Shown: positions 1 to 13,984 of the stretch, one piece after another
Position numbering within the stretch: the first letter of the stretch is position 1
Layout of the letters: every line of letters begins with the position of its first letter
NCBI RefSeq assembly: GCF_006345805.1
Contig: NC_043016.1
Location: 13,330,001 to 13,394,000, forward strand
Direction of reading: 5' to 3'
Origin: Octopus sinensis
Lineage: Eukaryota
Length of the DNA stretch: 64,000 nucleotides
Translations under genes and position numbers: made by a program
Notes under the pieces: generated by a model
What the model was told of the DNA's origin: nothing
Database searches by the model: none
The model's input: the letters and a program-made list of their open reading frames with translations, nothing else

Positions 1-1530
1 GGGTTAAACATTATCATTTCTTTATTGTTAGTCTATTGGTTAGATATATCTAACCGCCTAACTAATCGATCGTTTGTTTAATGTGTTGGTTAAACAATCA
101 ATCGGTTGTTTGTTTATCAAAGTTCTTTCGTCGCTATTCGCGACATCGTCAATGACGTACCCTGAAGTTTATACAGCCTACCTACGCAGATATTTCCGTC
201 CTGCTTTTTATCATCGGAATCTATATAGTAGGAATTTGCAGTAATATGTCGATTAAAAATTAGGACAGATATTTGTTAAGCGTCGCCAGAGCATTTTGTG
301 TTTTGGGCTTTAGCAAATTTCGATATGACAATACAAGTTGAAAACAGAATATATCGCAATTGTGTAGGGTTACTCCTTTTCTTCTATAGGCACAAGGCTT
401 AAAAATTTTGGCTGAGGGAGCAAGCCGATTATATAGACCCCACTGTTCAACTTGTAGTTTTTTTCGGTACTTTTTGGTTATCTCACCCCCATTAAAAAAT
501 TGGGTTATCACCCCTCTAAAAAACTGAGTTTATGTAGCGCAAGAGTTAGAACCTTTCAATTCAATACTTCAACACATTGTTGACTTTTGGCCTCCTCAAT
601 AGGAATGGTATGATTTGTTATAAAAATGTTATTAGATTCAATAAAATGTTTAATCTTTTTCTGTTTTCCTGTTTATTATTTTTCCTTTTTTTGCTTGTTT
701 TATTGAGGGTAAAACAATTTTTTTTAGTTAAGAGAGATGACCAAAAGTACCGATATTTCTCGTAAAACGGGGGAGATAAGATTTTTTAGCGGGAGTAAGA
801 TAACCAAGAAGTACCGTTTTTTCATATCGACCCAAAAGAATGAAAGACAAAAGTCGACCTCGCAGAAAATTAACTGAAGGCAAAGAAATGCTCTTAAGTA
901 TTTTTTCCCGACATGCCAACGATTCTATCAGCTTGCCACCATATTGTGTGGTATTGATAAAGAGCATCAGCGCAAAATATCCTTTTGCTGTTTTTACTAA
1001 TTTTTTTTTAATGACGATAGCAAAAGAAACACTTTAGAATAAACTGAAGTGAATTACTTGTGATAGCATAGATACTCTTACCTTCTAGATTGTATTCAAG
1101 TTAATTCAGCTATATCCTACCCGTGTGATCTCTCAGACATTACTGCAACTGAACAGAAGACAGTCTATCACGTTCAATAAAAGAAAATTTAGAAAAATCA
1201 ATATGCAAATACTTTAGTTTAACGAGAGGACATACGATTCCAGCAACGTAGGAGAAGAAACGTTTGACCGACATCGATTTTTTTTTTATTATCATTTGCT
1301 TATTTAATTTGGGTAAAATAAAAAGAAAATCTTCTATCACACCTCTCCCCATATCCTTTTGCCTTGAGATTAATTTACGAATGATTATATTCAGTGCATT
1401 TAAAGATTTGGAAAATTTCCTGTGCGCTACAGTTTACATGAAACGTTAAGAATAACAGAAAGGATCAGCATTTTTTTGGTGCCACTTAAGCTTGCGGTCT
1501 ACCCGGCCATTTACACTTTAGCGTTCAGTC

Positions 1531-1631
1531 TTACCCTAACTACAAACCTAACACTAATTCTAAACCCTAATCCTAAACGTAAACCATAACCCCAACCCTA
1601 GCTCTACCTTTTACTCTAAATCTTAACCCTA
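1531..1631. repeat. Degenerate (TAACCC)n telomere-like tract
   Basis: About 16 imperfect hexamer units such as accctaac, aaccctaa, aaccataac, aacccta and ttaaccct. Confidence 0.5.
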
Positions 1632-3405
1632 TTCTTCATCCAGATCAGGTCACAGCGAAAACTTTGGATACAGAGTAGATTGCACGCTAAAGAAGTACTC
1701 CCCATAACTTTACCCCATTGGAATTTTCCTCCTTCCTATTTAGGTCCATATCAGCCCTAGTCGAATCGATCTGCGATCAAAGGCATTCAACCGTGACTAT
1801 CATCTGGTCCTTTTTTCCTTTTTTAGTGTACCCAGAACTATGGGGTTTTTAAAAAAATTTTTAATATGGCTGGGTGTAATTTTAAGGGGATCTGGTAGCT
1901 ATTTCTAGCAAGACGAGCGATTGCTAAAGACTCCCAAAGTTTGATTTATTGATATTAACTGACAGACATCCAAACAAAGCAAACCTCGTAATTACTTTCA
2001 AATGATCTTTATCCAGCAAAAGAAACCTCGAACGACCAGCTTCCAATAGCAACCATTAACTGTTGTTCGTAACGAGTACATTTCTTCAAATCTCCGTACT
2101 GTCTCGAAAAGAAAGGTTGCATTGGAGAATACAATTCAAGATCATTATTCACTTTAAAATAAAAGACAGGATGGTCATGGCAGGAGTGCCTTTGATTATA
2201 GACCTTGAAGGCTGATTTGTAGTTAAAGAATAACGTCTGAGGGTGCCTACAAAGCTCATTCCCAAAGTTAAGGGTTGAGATCGACAAACTCAGACGAACT
2301 CGCCCCCACCCCCATGATCAATGTAAACATAATTATCTAACATATATTTTAATTTAGTGATTTTTCCCTAACTAGACGATTAACGGTGAAAATACTCCAT
2401 GCCGGTCGAAGTCCTGGCGGCGCCAATGAAGGTTATATACACTGCAACGTAACTTTGAACTGAAACGAACAAAAAACAAGCAAGTCATCAAGAAAGAAGT
2501 TGAAAACAGCGGCCAAGAAGTCCTTGCAACGAGCAACAACCAACAAAGAAATCAACAAGATAACAAGGCAAACATTCTTGTAACTACAACAGTATTAAGA
2601 AAACCTATGTGGCTTTTTTATACTCCAGTCTTCTAAAACGTTATATATATATATCGAAATGTGAAGTAGATAAAACAACCGACAACTGATGAAGGGTCGT
2701 TCTTTATGTTACTTGTCCTGTTTTCCATTTGTTTCTTTCGTTGTTAGCAAAAATAGTTCGCAAGATAATCATTTATTCTTTTGTCATTTCATTTTCTTAC
2801 GACCAATGTATATATAAATCGAGAGAGAGAGAGAGCGAGAGAGATCAGCTAGAACAGATTAGAGTACAACAGCCAGTACCTATTGGTTTGCTAAATGCTC
2901 TTTCTACAAGAAAGTCGAAATCGAATTATTCTTATGGATCTAATTACACAACTGAAGGACTTGGGATCAGTTAGCATGAGGGTGGCGCAATCGAAATGAA
3001 AACAAGGAATTCACTTTTTTTTAATTTAAAATTTAATACTTTTACCTTCAAGCCGACGGTGTGAAAAATTTAAAAGGTCCACTCTGAAGGAATAGTCTTA
3101 GAGTTTGTGTTTATGTGGCGAATTTGAACGGGTTGGATCTTCTGCTATCAATTCTGATTTCTTTCTGAACCAAAACCTAAAAACATTACATGAACTCAGA
3201 GCAATGTTTCACAAGCAACTACGATGCCTTAAGGTATATTCTTAAAGTGTAAACTGTACGTATAAACTATACACGTTAAAATGTTTTTTATCCGTTTAAA
3301 AATTCCGTTTTGATTTAAAGAGGGGGATTAACAATACGAACAACCTGATTTTTTTCATTGATTTTATTTATGAGAAACATAATAATTACTATTAATTACT
3401 GTGGC

Positions 3406-3570
3406 TGCGCAGGAGTGGCTGTGTGGTAAGTAGCTTGTTTACCAACCACATGGTTCCTGGTTCAGTCCCACTGCGTGGCACCTTGGACAAGTGTCTTCTA
3501 CTATAGCTTCGGGCCGACCAAAGCCTTGTGAGTGGATTTGGTAGACGGAAACTGAAAGAAGCCCGTCGTA

Positions 3571-3661
<91 letters not shown>

Positions 3662-3892
3662 TGTGTGTGTTTGTGTGTCTGTGTTTGTCCCCCTAGCATT
3701 GCTTGACAACCGATGCTGGTGTATTTATGTCCTCGTTACTTAGCGGTTCGGCAAAAGAGACTGATAGAATAAGTACTGGGCTTACAAAAGAATAAGTCCC
3801 GGGGTCGAGTTGCTCGATTAAAAAGGCGGTGCTCCAGCATGGCCGCAGTCAAATGACTGAAACAAGTAAAAGAGTAAAAGAGTAAAAGAGTA
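3406..3892 (+). mobile_element. tRNA-derived SINE family A, full length, with internal (TA)n and a (GTAAAAGA)n tail
   Basis: A-box TGGCTGTGTGG, B-box GGTTCAGTCCC and a tandem-repeat tail. More than 15 related copies or fragments occur in the window. Confidence 0.9.
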
Positions 3893-5913
3893 TAAGGTGG
3901 CAAACAAAATGTCGTCCATTTTTAATGTTCTGAGTTCAAATGTCACCAACGTCGAATTAGCCTTTCATCCTTGTGGGGTACTTAAAATGAGTATCAAGTT
4001 GAGCACTGGGATTGATGTAATCGACTTACCCCATCCTCCAAACTTGCAGCCCTTACGTCACAATTTGAAACCAATATTATATTGCATGGGTGCGGGGTGC
4101 AGAATTAGTAATCGGGGTAAAATGAGTAATCTCTGATTTCGTGTTATTTCCTTCCTTATTCGAAATCATTACATTGCAAATAATACAGCATTATTTCGTA
4201 TTGTTGCATCATCTTTAGAAGTAAAAATTGTTCGGCATAATTGCTGTTGAAGTTGAGAGAGTTTGAAACTCTCTTGTCAGGTGACAAGGACTTTCTTTCA
4301 AGAAATTTTCCCTCAACTTTGACCCGGTTGTAGTCGAGGTTGCTAATAAAATATCTGTATAAGTTTTGCTGTTTAACAATCAGTATTCTTTTCTTTGTTG
4401 GAGTCCAAGTCAATTTTTTTCCTACATTAATGTCTAATTTGATCATTTTCAAGTTTCAAAAGATGATTCTAAAGTGGGACAAAATGAGTAATGGCTAATT
4501 TCAATAATCGCTTCTCTTTAAATGGATGACGCGTAAATACACCAGGAAGAGAGTCACTCCAGCAGACCGTGAAAAAACTCGAGAATATATCATGCTGAGA
4601 TTTTAGATTTAGTCGAGTTTCGTTAATTTCATATCATGTGCCATTTTTCTATGACCTTCTTTCATCTGACCTAGATATTTTAAATTTTCGTTGTATTGTG
4701 TTTCTAATGCATTTAAAGAAGGTCGTTTGCTTATCTGATATAGCTTTTTAAGTTTAGTGAACATTTGTAAAACATTTTTTTTGTTTTTTAATGCTCCAAA
4801 ACAGAGATATAAGGACAGGCCTATCACTGATAAGTATCCGGCTAAAATTAAGCAAATGAATTCATTTACCGATTTTATTATTATTATTTGTTGAAATAGT
4901 AGACAATTTCGGAAGTATTCGGGTCAACTTTAAATACTCTGTAGTTTATAAAATTGAAGACAATATAGAACAATATTAATAAAGCATTTATTGCATATCC
5001 TCGATAATTTTGTTATCATAAGTACATGAGTTATTGAAGAAGGTTATACTCTATAGAAATGAAGTAAAACTTTCTGTCCTGGAATCTCGATTGGTCGAAT
5101 GAAATGGAAAAGAACCATAAATATCCAAACTTTCGATGCTGACGTCAATAACTGCATGATCGATTTTGAGTTGCAATGCTGCAGTGTAGAGAAATTCGAT
5201 TGGTCAGTAAGTTGATACGTCATCAAAACAGCTGTCGAATTACAAGTGAGAAGAGAGTGGGAAGAGGAAATCAATAATAACCACGTGTTTATTATCATTT
5301 CATGGTTATGTTTACAGATATGTTGCTATATTTAGGAACTTACGGACTTCATCTTACTATCTTACGTCTGTCATGCTTCTATATATAGAAAAACACGTAT
5401 ATTAACTCGTGGAAACGAATTGAATGTTAGCGATGGAGTCGAAAAATATTCTTCGAAATATGAAAGGGCGAAACAAGGGTTTGCGGTTTCGAAATTTATA
5501 CTCAAAATTTCCGCATTTCCAAGCAATACGGAGCTTTACGTCTAGACACTCAATTCAACGCCGAATTTCGACAAACACGACTTTAATGAGCGTTTGTCTA
5601 GTCACATGCTCATTAAGATAGCCAGGTTTCTGATATAGAATAGGTAACAAGGATCAGAATTTATTTATTTTTTTTATTCAGAAAACAGTTACATCGCATA
5701 ATTTCTAAAAAAGATAACAGCTGTAAGCAAAATGTAATCAATTAACACACATTTGCAATGTGTGTTGTTACGGGTAGGGAGGACTTACTGACCGCTTGAG
5801 ACGCTTTTGGATTCATAGATGTTTTCAGAAGTTGATAAACTTTATAAATAAAAGCTATGCGATTAACTTAGAAGCTAATAGGAAGGGATATTCCAAACTT
5901 TAGCATAGATTTT

Positions 5914-6135
5914 AGGCGCAGACATGGCTGTGTGGTAAGATGTTAGCTTCCCAACCCCTTGTTTCGGGTTCAGTCCCATGGTGTTACACCTTGGGCAATC
6001 GCCTTCCATAGTAACCCCGAGAAAGCCAACGCCTTGCGAAAGGATATGGTAGAGAGAAACTGGAAAAAGTCCATCGTATATGTATGTATGTATGCATATA
6101 TGTATGTATGTATGTATGTATGTATATATGTATGC

Positions 6136-6232
<97 letters not shown>

Positions 6233-6245
6233 GCTAGCTAGCTAG

Positions 6246-6277
<32 letters not shown>

Positions 6278-6372
6278 GTGCGTGTGTGTATGTATGTATG
6301 TATCTATCTATGTGCGTGTGTATGTATGTATGCATGCATGTATGTATGTATCTATGTGCGTGTGTATGTATG

Positions 6373-6406
<34 letters not shown>

Positions 6407-6469
6407 TGTGTGTATGTATGTACGTATGTATGTATGTATGTATGTGAGTGTGTGTGTATATATGTATGC

Positions 6470-6539
<70 letters not shown>

Positions 6540-6898
6540 GTGTGTGTGTATGTATGTATATATGTGCGTGTGTGTGTGTATGTATGTATGTATGTATGTA
6601 GTGTATGTATGTATGTATGTATGTATGTATGTATGTATGTATGTATGTATGTATGTATGTATGTATGTATGTATGTATGTATATCTTTGTATCTGTCTTC
6701 CGTCACCAGTTAACTAGTAGTATTGGCTTGTTTACGTCACCGCAACTCAGCGGTTTGGCAAAAGAAACCGATAAAATAGGTGTCCGATCTTTTTTTTTTA
6801 ATTAGTACTAGACTTAATTTGTTCGACTAAAAAGCTTGAAGATGCTGCCCCAGCAAATCTGTAATCCAATGAGTGGAACAAAAAAGATAAAAAGATAA
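5914..6898 (+). mobile_element. SINE family A with an internal compound (TATG)n/(TATC)n expansion of about 610 bp
   Basis: The SINE head (5914-6076) and 3' half (6686-6898) are separated by the microsatellite at the position of the family's internal repeat. Confidence 0.8.
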
Positions 6899-9492
6899 TT
6901 ACCGTATTTTAACTTGTATAAAGAACCCTTTTTTGTCAAAAATTAGGTTTAAAAAATATGGGAGTTTCTTATACATGGATATTAATATAATCCTTTACAA
7001 AACCGTTTGTTTCCTTTTTTTCTTCTAATTTTAAGCCCCCCAAATCAGTGAGGGTTCCTTATACACGTTAAAACATGGTATATATATATATAACAAACAT
7101 TTAAAACACTCTTTTCTTTTCAAGTGATTAAGCACCGGCTGAAACAAGCTAGGGCCTAAAGCTAATAGTATAACAGAACCAAGCTTTAGGAAACAACAAT
7201 ATCGGTCATTGCTGACAAATAATGGATTACAAATCTTGCCGAAAATGTCTTATATAAGCGTCTAAATTACGTGCTGATGTGATCTTTTTTGCATTAAGAA
7301 CTTTTAGTGAAGTTCTTAATGCAAAAAGATTGGTCATATTTCATATTTCAGAATGTGACAGAAATTCAGTCTCAGAAAAGACAGTCTTCATATTCAAGAC
7401 TTTATTTAAAAATTAGTAACATCATACACTTCAGATGATGGATATGTTTGAAGAAAGTATAAACAGTTAATACTTTAGTTCTTTTTATATTTCACAAAAG
7501 TCTACTCGAAATCCAAATTATCTTTCAACTGTAACGGCCAGAAGATTTCTTGTTACTTTAAACAAGAAAATACTACAATAACTTTTTGAATAAATGAAAA
7601 CGAGAAAACTAGAAAACTGAAATAGTTGTAGGAAAGAAGTAATGCAAAAAAGATAAAGCTTCTCCTTCCGCTGCTGCTGCTGCTGTTCTGGCGCTGTTCT
7701 GCTACTGTAGTACAAAGAGTAGCAACAGCAGCAGCCAAAGCTGATTCAACTCTGCTTCTGATGTGGCTGCTACTGCAATACCACCACCACCACCAGCATC
7801 AGCAGCATCAGCAGCATCAGCCACATCAGCAGCCACATCAGTTGTGGAGCAGTAGAGTTGTTAGAGCCGGCATGCTTAGAAGATGACGCAATCTTTTAAG
7901 TATGTTTGACATGAGTGGTGGTGGGTCATTTTTGTCGGATAATCGATAGTTTTGATGACGACAACATCCACGTGAATGCAATATAATAGAGCATCTTCTT
8001 GTACATCCTACTTCGTTCGCTACCCTCACATCACGAATGCTGCAGCAGCAGTTGAAAAGGAATATCTTTGTTGTAAACTAATGTGAAGAGTTAAAGTCTA
8101 CATCCCTTGACGAACACAGCGAAGAAATATTCTCTAAAGAAATCCAACTTAAATAACCGAAATACACAGTGAAACTTGTCGAAATAAACTTTGTCGTTCT
8201 TGCTTGTGATAAATGTAACTAAAATATTGTTAGAATATTGGAAATTTATGTATTAAAATTAACCGATACGACTTTTGATATTTAATCGGGCGAGGTCAGA
8301 CAGGTTTTTTTTTATCTTTTTTTGTTCAGTCTATAAAAAGATAATCAGTAAACGGAAACGGTCAGAAATATAAGGTCAACAAATAGTACACTGTGTCCTA
8401 TATGCAAACTAGCTCTTGTGTTAGAGCTTTAATCGAAATTCAAACTAAAATAACCATACTAGCATGGTATAAGAATTCGAATTATTCAGTTATTTTGCAG
8501 TAGACTGCAGCATTCGATTAGGGAATCCCCCTCTACAGAGATTACAAATAACAAATCAAGCAAATGGTGTACAATTAATTCTATGTTCAATGCTGCTGTT
8601 ACTAAAAGAAAGACTATGGGTTCGTGATCTTTTAAGGGATTGAAAAGTGACCCTGTCGCTAGCTCTTCGCAATGTGTGACTACAAACCTATTTATTCATT
8701 TGTATTGAATGTAACACTAAAACTAAAATACTTGTCCCGTACTGTGTCAACAAGGTAGTAATCATTCGTCCTACTAGAAATAGCAGTGAAATTCTCTCAA
8801 ATGATATTCTACCTTCTTAAGTAGTGACAGAACACATCGGAGAATGTAGTCCTTCGTACTCTGAAGGAACAAGATGGACACGATTAGAACGCCGTGGATC
8901 CAGATTAACTTGGAGGCAAACACCAACGACAAGTACCAATACCAATGAATAAGTGGTGCAAATTAGTCAAAGAGTTTCATTGAAAGATGCTGTTACCAAT
9001 TTAGAAATATCTACACACTCTTTGGAAATTACTTTGGAAATTCGGAACGTCTTAAGTGCTAATTAAAAATTTAGGAGCTGCACCCATGAAACTTATTGAC
9101 CCGGCACATACAAATAATGTCGGCTTCAAATTTTGGGAAAAGACTAGCATGTTCGGAGGAGGAGGTAAGTCAGTATGTAAAGACAGACGAAACGTCGCTA
9201 AGCATTTCGTCCGGCATGTTAATGATTCTGCCAACTTATGATAATCGGTGTGATTAAACGTTTCCAGGTTGATGTCTGCAGAATAAATGTGGACATAGGA
9301 GAAGATTTTTAAAAAATTCGAAAAGGAAGGATTTGATAAAGATTTGATGTGAAACTGAGAAATAGGTAAAGGGCTTATTTAAAGGTCCGAAACATTCTGC
9401 TAAGAAAGGATATGCCTTCTTTCAGTACTGGCACTGCCAACATATCAGTTAAATACGGGTTGACTACCTACTGCGTAAATAAAGGGAAATTC

Positions 9493-10430
9493 ATTCGTCC
9501 ATTTTCGCCACCCATAATTTCTGGGAGGGTCGTTGCAAGATAGGAGGAGAGTCCTCAAGAAGCCCTTCTAGCTGCCATTAGACATTCCGACTGAATTCCC
9601 AAGTGCAACCGACTGAGACTAAGGATATGATCTAACCATATCGTTCTTGATATGCCTCTACGTCTCCTACTAGTTGGCTCGGCTAGAAGAATCCGTCTAC
9701 GATTCTTCATTCTAATCATATGTCCATAATACCTGAGCTGTGACCTCTTAATGCAGAAAAGTAGCAGCTCACCCTGGAAAGGCTCCTTGATCTCTGAGCT
9801 AAGCACCCTGACAAGTAATATTACTCCAGAGATCCTATGGATGAACCCCGTTTTGATGCCTGTATTTGCAACTGAACTCTTTCAGTGATTACCCCAAAAC
9901 TGAAGATCATAGGTGAGCAGAGACACAAAAACCAAAGACAGCAAGTTTGGCATTTACACATAATCTCTCCTCTTCTGAGGACTGAATGCTGGAGCTGGGG
10001 CTTGACTGTACCAGCACCTGCAATTCCAGCTTTCAGTCCAAAGCACGGCTTAAAACAAGTCTCCACTTTTGCATATGTAGTATAACGAGGCATGAAAAGT
10101 TGCAGCAGAGACAGTAAAAACATCCAAAGCTAAGTCATGGTAGGACTCTGGATTTAAAGTGGACTCTGACTTAAGACTGGCCAATAAAGGATTCTGGCAA
10201 AAACCCTTTCCCAACTTTGTAAGAAGAAGCCCTCATCTACAACTGTGATTAAGAACCCAGCTGGGGCTCTTCTCTCTACAGAGAAGAGCATTCTGAGGAA
10301 GTAGAGAGAATACTCTGTTGATCTCTTAAATCCAGTCATAATATAATCTTCTGGTGGGCATGACGTGCATCTAGAGGCAAAGACTAATCTCACAGAGGCT
10401 GAAGTCAGAGAGGCAATAAACGGGAACAAA
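9493..10430. mobile_element. RTE-clade (Expander/REX3-like) LINE fragment with an inverted 5' segment
   Basis: Minus strand 9493-~10020 encodes the decayed ORF C-terminus (VITERVQLQIQASK; KRSQLRYYGHMIRM) and a 3' end resembling ...gaaaatggacgaatgaat. Plus strand ~10020-10430 encodes the EN-RT linker (YNEA*KVAAETVKTSKAKSW; IKNPAGALLSTEKSILRK*REY; LTEAEVREAI). Confidence 0.75.
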
Positions 10431-10565
10431 CGGCCAACTTGGAGAATGGTTAGTGCGTCGGATAGAATCCTTTGTCGTATTTGTTTCGGCTCTTTGTGCT
10501 CTCAATTTTACTTTTTATTCTTACGAAGCTGATAAAGTACATCAAATACCAAAGGCAATTATTCA

Positions 10566-10616
<51 letters not shown>

Positions 10617-11660
10617 CTTTCTATCTATCTATCTTCTTTCGTTTTTCTTTCTCCCCCCCCCTATCTGTCAACCTATCAGTCTGTTTTACTGTCTAACTGA
10701 CTGACTGCCTGTCTGTCTATCTATCTATCAATCTGTCTGTCTGTGTGTTTGTCTGTCTGTTTGTCTATCTCTCTTTCGAATCGGTTACGTTGTACTCTGA
10801 GAAAGATTGCAGGGAACCACTCGCAGCATCCGTTCCTCCAGAAATTGGAGAAGGGTTAGACGGAAGGTGTTAATAACCACTTCTCATAGAAAAAGAAAAA
10901 CAAGAAACAGATCTGTTGCTGGAAGAGTTCAACGACTGCCCGTTGTGCAGTACAGCATGAAACGGAAATTAAGATTAAGATGCTTTAACGGGTTAAATGG
11001 ATACTGTTATTCATATTTAAATTAGATATGCAACGGTGGATGCAGACACGACTGAATTCCCTAAAAAGTACGCCATGAGATTCCAGGTTGGTTCCCTCTG
11101 CGTGACATCTTGGGCAAGTGCACTTAACATGGCATTAAAAGTCGATGCAAGCCTTATTTGTAAAACTGGGAAGACAGAAACTCCCTAGAAGCTGCATCTG
11201 TAATTCAAAGAGCCAGCCTTGTTACCTTTTTTTTTTCTTTTTGTCATGTTAATTCTACCAGATAGTAATGTCGAGGGTACACATGTCTCTGGGAGGCTCA
11301 GCTACTTTTCACACTGATTCAATGGGCAGTTTGTTAAATCGATTAAACAGCTGAAATCTTTTTCGTTTTTCTATTTCAATCGAAACAAAAGTATTTTAGA
11401 AAGAGCGTGTGTCAACGAGCAGAAGTAAACTTCCTGTAATCTGTGTCAAGTACACGATTTCGACATTCAGTTGAAAGTATTTTGTTTACCTTGATAACAA
11501 AATGTTCGTGGGAAAGGAAAGGAATGAAGATCTCGATATGCTCCTCCTTAAATTTTTGTTTAAACACACAAAACAGTTATAAATAGAATAACTTTAATTT
11601 GTAGTCTTAAAGAAATAAAGATCTCTTTTTCTTTGCAAAGCTGGAACGTATTCAAATGGT

Positions 11661-12020
11661 TACTCTTTTACTTGTTTCAGTCAATTTGACTGCGGCTATG
11701 CTGGAGCACCGCCTTTAGTCGAGCAAATCGACCCCAGGACTTATTCTTTGAAAGCCTATTTTATCGATATCTTACGGGAAGTTACGGGAACATAAAAATA
11801 CTAACACCGGTTGTCAAGCGATGGTGGGAGAACAAACACACACAAGCATGTGTATAAGACGGGCTTCTTTCAGTTTCCGTCTCCCAAATCCACTCGCGAG
11901 GCCTTGGTCGGCCCGAGGATATAGTAGAAGACACTTGCCCAAGATGCCACACGATGAAACTGAACCCGGAACTATGTGGTTGGTAAGCAAGATGCTTACC
12001 ACACAACCACTTCTGCACCT
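11661..12020 (-). mobile_element. SINE family A
   Basis: Reverse complement of the 3406-3892 element. Confidence 0.9.
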
Positions 12021-12514
12021 GGATGTCTTTTATTTTTTAATTTATTTTTTTAACTGTCACTAGAGTAACTTGCTTGATTTCAGTATTTCGATATCATTAG
12101 CCCTTATGAACAAAGAAGTCAAACAGCTCGAAGAAGGAAACATTCTGGTCCTCGAAGCAAAACGCCAAAGAAAAAAAAAAACAGACAAGATACCGCAGCC
12201 CTGCAGCACCTTCCTTGCTTGCAGATTTTGAAGCAGAACCTTCTCATCAAACATAGAAAGGATTGGCCACGAGAGAAACTGCAGGAAGAAGACTATGAGG
12301 ACCTAATTAAGACATTCTCCACTTCTTAGACCGTCTGTCAAAACGCCAAGAGCCATACACAAAGCCCTTATGACTTAGCGAACGCGTTTTTCTATGACGT
12401 TATATTAATTTTAATGTTTGAGTTTAACAGCTAAATGGACATTTTCTTAACTAACCAAGTTGTAAATCTCTAGAAAGTGTTATCTAAATAATGATGATGA
12501 TGATGATAGATAGA

Positions 12515-12815
12515 TATGTTTCTTTATTAGCCACACAGGGCTGCACACAGATAGGACAAATTACAAGGTAGAGTTTTTCTTTTGGGGATAAAAAAGGGGG
12601 GTTGGTTTTCGATCAAAAGGGATCGTAAAAGGAAAGAAAGAGGACAAAAAAAAGGGCGGGGGGATAAAAAAAGGGAAAAGAAAAAAAGACGATCAATAGG
12701 GATCGTTATCACAGAAATGTCAATATAAAGTGTAAAGGGGAGGACAGGTGAGGTTTACCCGTGGAAAGAAAAGCCTACGGAAAAGACCACGGTAACCTCG
12801 GTCAATGAAGTCACA
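12515..12815 (-). mobile_element. Probable 3' UTR end of a non-LTR retrotransposon, family unassigned
   Basis: A pyrimidine-rich minus strand ends in ...ggctAATAAAgaaa and runs directly into a microsatellite. No coding remnant was recognised. Confidence 0.3.
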
Positions 12816-12879
12816 TGTTATATTCCTTTTTTTTTTACAAATAAGCAACTCTGTATTAATTTTTACGGTTCATAGGATC

Positions 12880-13344
<465 letters not shown>

Positions 13345-13346
<2 letters not shown>

Positions 13347-13902
13347 ATGCCTTGATGCAATACCAGGCAGTGACTCCATTGGCTTCTGATCTTAACTGAT
13401 TGGAAGTATTATCATGTACATTGTTTTGTCTTGCTATAAAAGATGGTCTACAGCTAATATTCTGCTCAATAACACAGATTTGCTTGTCAGTTGTTTGACC
13501 TTAACCAGTTGAGCATGTCCCTTAGTGGCTGACGATACGTGCATCTCTGATCACGAGCAGTAATAGTGGGGGAGCATCATAGCCATGTGTTGAGAGGGTT
13601 TCTTTGGGGTTTGAATAATTCACCTCTAGAAACATGGGTGTTTCGTTTAACATCCTTAAACAACCCTTATTCAGGGACCTTTTGAACAGGATGGGTTACT
13701 CGACCAGAAGAAAATTCTAGCTGGTCCCCAACTGCAAGGTCATGCGCTGTTTATCTTGATATGAGATCACCATGTCGCGCACATATGGCTGTGATGCATG
13801 TGCCTGGTGTACCCTTATCAGACGGGTAGTCATGATGGGTATACTGGGCTTCGTATATTTTACCCCAGTGACCCTTTGATGGCATGCACTGCTCTCTCAC
13901 TC
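13345..13902. mobile_element. Non-coding ~560-bp interspersed repeat flanked on both sides by (TAA)n
   Basis: A second, truncated copy at 16825-17193 also abuts a (TAA)n run. Confidence 0.75.
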
Positions 13903-13942
<40 letters not shown>

Positions 13943-13945
13943 TAT

Positions 13946-13984
<39 letters not shown>

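Noticed and set aside
2685-2720. CTGATGAAGG motifs here and at 15858, 19271 and 58097
   Set aside because: No properly spaced GAAA and stem III follow.
5959-6805. Long ORFs such as YLSI/CMYV repeats (also 14493-14944, 16284-18729, 25846-26724, 31437-32310, 56110-56585, 59038-59841, 60597-61196)
   Set aside because: They are translations of microsatellites that lack stop codons, not genes.
7518-8050. CAG/GCA-rich segment as a polyQ/polyA coding exon
   Set aside because: Stops occur in all frames over short distances and there is no consistent splice context; it is treated as low-complexity DNA.
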